Source: Nitrospirota bacterium | Lineage (GTDB): Bacteria; Nitrospirota; Thermodesulfovibrionia; Thermodesulfovibrionales; Dissulfurispiraceae | Direction: 5' to 3' | DNA: 64,000 bases | Assembly (NCBI GenBank): GCA_963790025.1 | Contig: CAWBMP010000004.1 | Coordinates: forward strand, 1,664,001-1,728,000 | Shown here: in pieces, positions 61,885 through 64,000 of the stretch | Position numbering within the stretch: the stretch's first letter is position 1 | How the letters are laid out: each line of letters starts with the position of its first letter | Made by a program: the position numbers and the translations under genes | The notes under the pieces: model-generated | Databases searched by the model: none | What the model was told of the DNA's origin: nothing | Seen by the model: the letters and a program-made list of their open reading frames with translations, nothing else

Positions 61885-63060
61885 CTAAAATCCGTCGAGC
61901 GCGCCTTTTATCCTTTCCAATGCTTCTTTTGTTCTTTCCACGGGCTGGGTGAGGGCAAAACGTATATATCCCTCTCCCGGCGTGCCAAAGCCGACTCCGG
62001 GCGTACCGAGCACGCCCGCTTTTTCCAGGAGATGTGCCACGAAGGCAGTTGAATCAAAAGGGGCTGGGACCTTGGCCCAAAGGTAAAACGTTGCTTCCGG
62101 TTTTTTAAGCTGAAAGCCAAGCCCCGAAAGGCCATTGAAAAATATGTCCCTGCGTACCTGATAGGTATTCCTGATCGTGGATAATATATTTTCTTTTGAT
62201 TTAAGGGCTTCAGTTCCCGCCTCCTGGATAGCCTGAAACACACCGGAATCAAGGTTTGACTTTATTTTTCCCAGCCCGGAAATGACATCCTTATTGCCAA
62301 CAGCGAAACCGATTCTCCATCCTGTCATGTTATAGGTCTTGGATAGTGAGTGAAATTCAATGCCCACTTCCTTGGCCCCATCGACTTCAAGGAAGCTCAG
62401 CGGTTTGTTACCGTCATAATATATTTCGGAATATGCGGCATCATGGCAGATTATAACGTTATGCCTTTCAGCAAACGAAATTGCCGCCTCAAAAAAACCC
62501 TTCCGGGCTACGGAAGCGGTAGGATTATTAGGATAATTCAGGAACATTAATTTAGCATTCTTGCTTACAGCATCAGGAATTGCGCCAAGGTCGGGAAGAA
62601 AATCATTTTCGTCCCTGAGCGGCATAAGGTATGGCTCCCCGCCTGCAAATGCCGTGGCAACCGGATAGACGGGATAGCCAGGAGAGGGGACAAGGACCAC
62701 ATCGCCGGGATTTATAAAAGCCAGCGGTATATGACCTATACCTTCTTTGGAACCGATAAGCGATATTACTTCAGTTTCGGGGTCCAGCTTTACATTGAAC
62801 CGCTGACCGTACCAGCCCGCGACAGCATCCCTGAATGAATACATTCCTTCGTAAGAAGGATAACGATGATGTTCGGGTTTCCCGATAGCAGTTTTCATCG
62901 CCTCTACTATATGTGCCGGAGTTGGAATGTCAGGATCTCCTATACTGAGGTCTATGAGGTCGACGCCTCTGGAAATAGCGTCCCGTTTCATTATGTCGAT
63001 GGAAGCGAAAAGATAAGGAGGCAGGTTTCTTGCACGATCTGCAAGCCGGGGTTTAATCAT
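61885..63060 (-). CDS. dapL: Class I/II PLP aminotransferase, LL-diaminopimelate aminotransferase type
   Basis: LPPYLFA, IGSKEG, NYPNNPT, HDAAY and SLSKTYNMTGWRIG. Confidence 0.8.
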   Translation of the reverse strand: MIKPRLADRARNLPPYLFASIDIMKRDAISRGVDLIDLSIGDPDIPTPAHIVEAMKTAIGKPEHHRYPSYEGMYSFRDAVAGWYGQRFNVKLDPETEVISLIGSKEGIGHIPLAFINPGDVVLVPSPGYPVYPVATAFAGGEPYLMPLRDENDFLPDLGAIPDAVSKNAKLMFLNYPNNPTASVARKGFFEAAISFAERHNVIICHDAAYSEIYYDGNKPLSFLEVDGAKEVGIEFHSLSKTYNMTGWRIGFAVGNKDVISGLGKIKSNLDSGVFQAIQEAGTEALKSKENILSTIRNTYQVRRDIFFNGLSGLGFQLKKPEATFYLWAKVPAPFDSTAFVAHLLEKAGVLGTPGVGFGTPGEGYIRFALTQPVERTKEALERIKGALDGF

Positions 63061-63126
63061 TACAATATTCCTCTTTTTTATTTTTTTGTCCGCTTTTTAT
63101 TTTATATGAGATAAAAGGATGAGGTC

Positions 63127-63151
63127 AAAAAAAAGGGCTGTGAAGCCCTTT
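63127..63151 (-). terminator. Intrinsic terminator
   Basis: Minus strand AAAGGGCT-TCAC-AGCCC-TTTTTTTT. Confidence 0.75.
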
Positions 63152-63161
63152 CTATATTTGT

Positions 63162-63539
63162 TTAATAGCCGGATTTTGACTCCGGTTTTGGTGGTCTGGC
63201 CGGCCCCGTGCCTTTTTTCTCGGTCTTTAACGGTTTAATATCGATAGAGCGCGCAATGTTCTTGCCTTCAATGACTGCGTATTTTACCGTTGCCATATCG
63301 CCTACCTTGACGTCAGAAAGTGTTTTCTTTTCTTTGTCTATTTTTACAGTTGTTTTGTCATCCGCAGAGATAACCACTTCAGCCTTTCTACCCTTTATGG
63401 TCAAAATCTTAACCGTCATATCAACGGTAACGACATCTCCTGTAACGATTTTAACTATCACTTTATCGGCTGCAACGGCGCTGCCGATAATGAAGACAGC
63501 AACAAGAAAAGAAAAAATATATAAAAAAGACCTTTTCAT
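63162..63539 (-). CDS. Small secreted beta-rich (OB-like) protein
   Basis: Signal peptide ending AVA-A; G.V..VD...LTI, T.....L.D.KVGD..TV.Y pattern. Confidence 0.7.
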   Translation of the reverse strand: MKRSFLYIFSFLVAVFIIGSAVAADKVIVKIVTGDVVTVDMTVKILTIKGRKAEVVISADDKTTVKIDKEKKTLSDVKVGDMATVKYAVIEGKNIARSIDIKPLKTEKKGTGPARPPKPESKSGY

Positions 63540-63580
63540 GACACCTCCGCCGTATATTAAATTACCTGTGGACTACATAT

Positions 63581-63623
63581 AAATAAGGGCAGGTGTTGGC
63601 CAATTCCATATGCACCTGCCCTT
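63581..63623 (-). terminator. Hairpin/terminator between the two secreted-protein genes
   Basis: AAGGGCAGGTG...CACCTGCCCTT 11-bp stem. Confidence 0.6.
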
Positions 63624-63643
63624 CGTAAATATCAAGAAAGAAA

Positions 63644-63859
63644 TTATTTTGCCGGAGCTGCTGCTGGAGCTGCTTCCTCTTTCTTTTCTGTCTTCTTAGC
63701 CTTCTTAGCTTTCTTAACTTTCTTAACAGGCTTCTTCTCTTCCGCCTTCTTCTCTGCTGCCGGAGCTGCTGCCGGAGCTGCTGTGTCAGCTGCAAAAGAG
63801 ATTGCGGTCATGCCGAATGCGAAAAGAACTGCTATTACTAATGACATAAGTTTCTTCAT
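63644..63859 (-). CDS. Small secreted Ala/Pro/Lys-rich disordered protein
   Basis: SD AAGGAGGTG, signal ending SFA-A, and AAPAAAPA repeats flanking a KK-rich core. Confidence 0.85.
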   Translation of the reverse strand: MKKLMSLVIAVLFAFGMTAISFAADTAAPAAAPAAEKKAEEKKPVKKVKKAKKAKKTEKKEEAAPAAAPAK

Positions 63860-63907
63860 TATGATTCACCTCCTTTTTTGTTCCCCAATTTTTGGTATTA
63901 ATATTAA

Positions 63908-63923
63908 AGCAAGGATTATGCCA
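63908..63923 (-). promoter_or_regulatory. Sigma-54 (-24/-12) promoter
   Basis: TGGCATAATCCTTGCT with exact GG-N10-GC spacing. Confidence 0.8.
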
Positions 63924-64000
63924 CAATGAAAAGACCTCGGATAAGGGCGGTACAAGAGGTCCGGTGCTTATTACCGCTACTGATCAGTTCCTTTTTCAGG

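Overview
A gene-dense bacterial chromosomal window of roughly mid-range GC. Its gene content and style suggest a Gram-negative anaerobe, possibly Nitrospirota/Thermodesulfovibrionia or Desulfobacterota (inference only). Left to right it holds: the 3' part of an RND permease; acetolactate synthase; a PAS-GGDEF-EAL gene frameshifted in its last EAL strand; tRNA-Asn; a dnaJ-hspR-clpB-hsp20 operon with a HAIR-like operator; a 169-bp MITE; rlmD-suhB; hemH-hemY divergent from perR-ahpC; a membrane-fused spermidine-synthase-like gene; a NodIJ-like ABC pair; gyrA; three acetyl-CoA synthetases interleaved with AcuC-like deacetylase and AcuB-like CBS genes; mdtABC plus an outer-membrane factor; decayed Ku/LigD NHEJ remnants next to DUF72; an unannotated zinc-ribbon microprotein; hisD; purF-aminopeptidase-cutA; uvrB; two orphan genes; isochorismatase, CysC-like and DksA/TraR genes; a dynamin-like GTPase plus FRG-domain pair (best candidate for an undescribed, possibly anti-phage, system); an H1-like/SWIB protein, Smr and PolX-PHP; yjbQ-folK-dapL; and two small secreted proteins, one under a sigma-54 promoter. 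Non-coding signals include many apparently leaderless genes, two 11-bp-period TGTAAC arrays, and hexamer/heptamer-built palindromes at gene ends. No CRISPR array, rRNA, integrase or transposase was seen. All assignments come from motif recognition by eye, without database searches.
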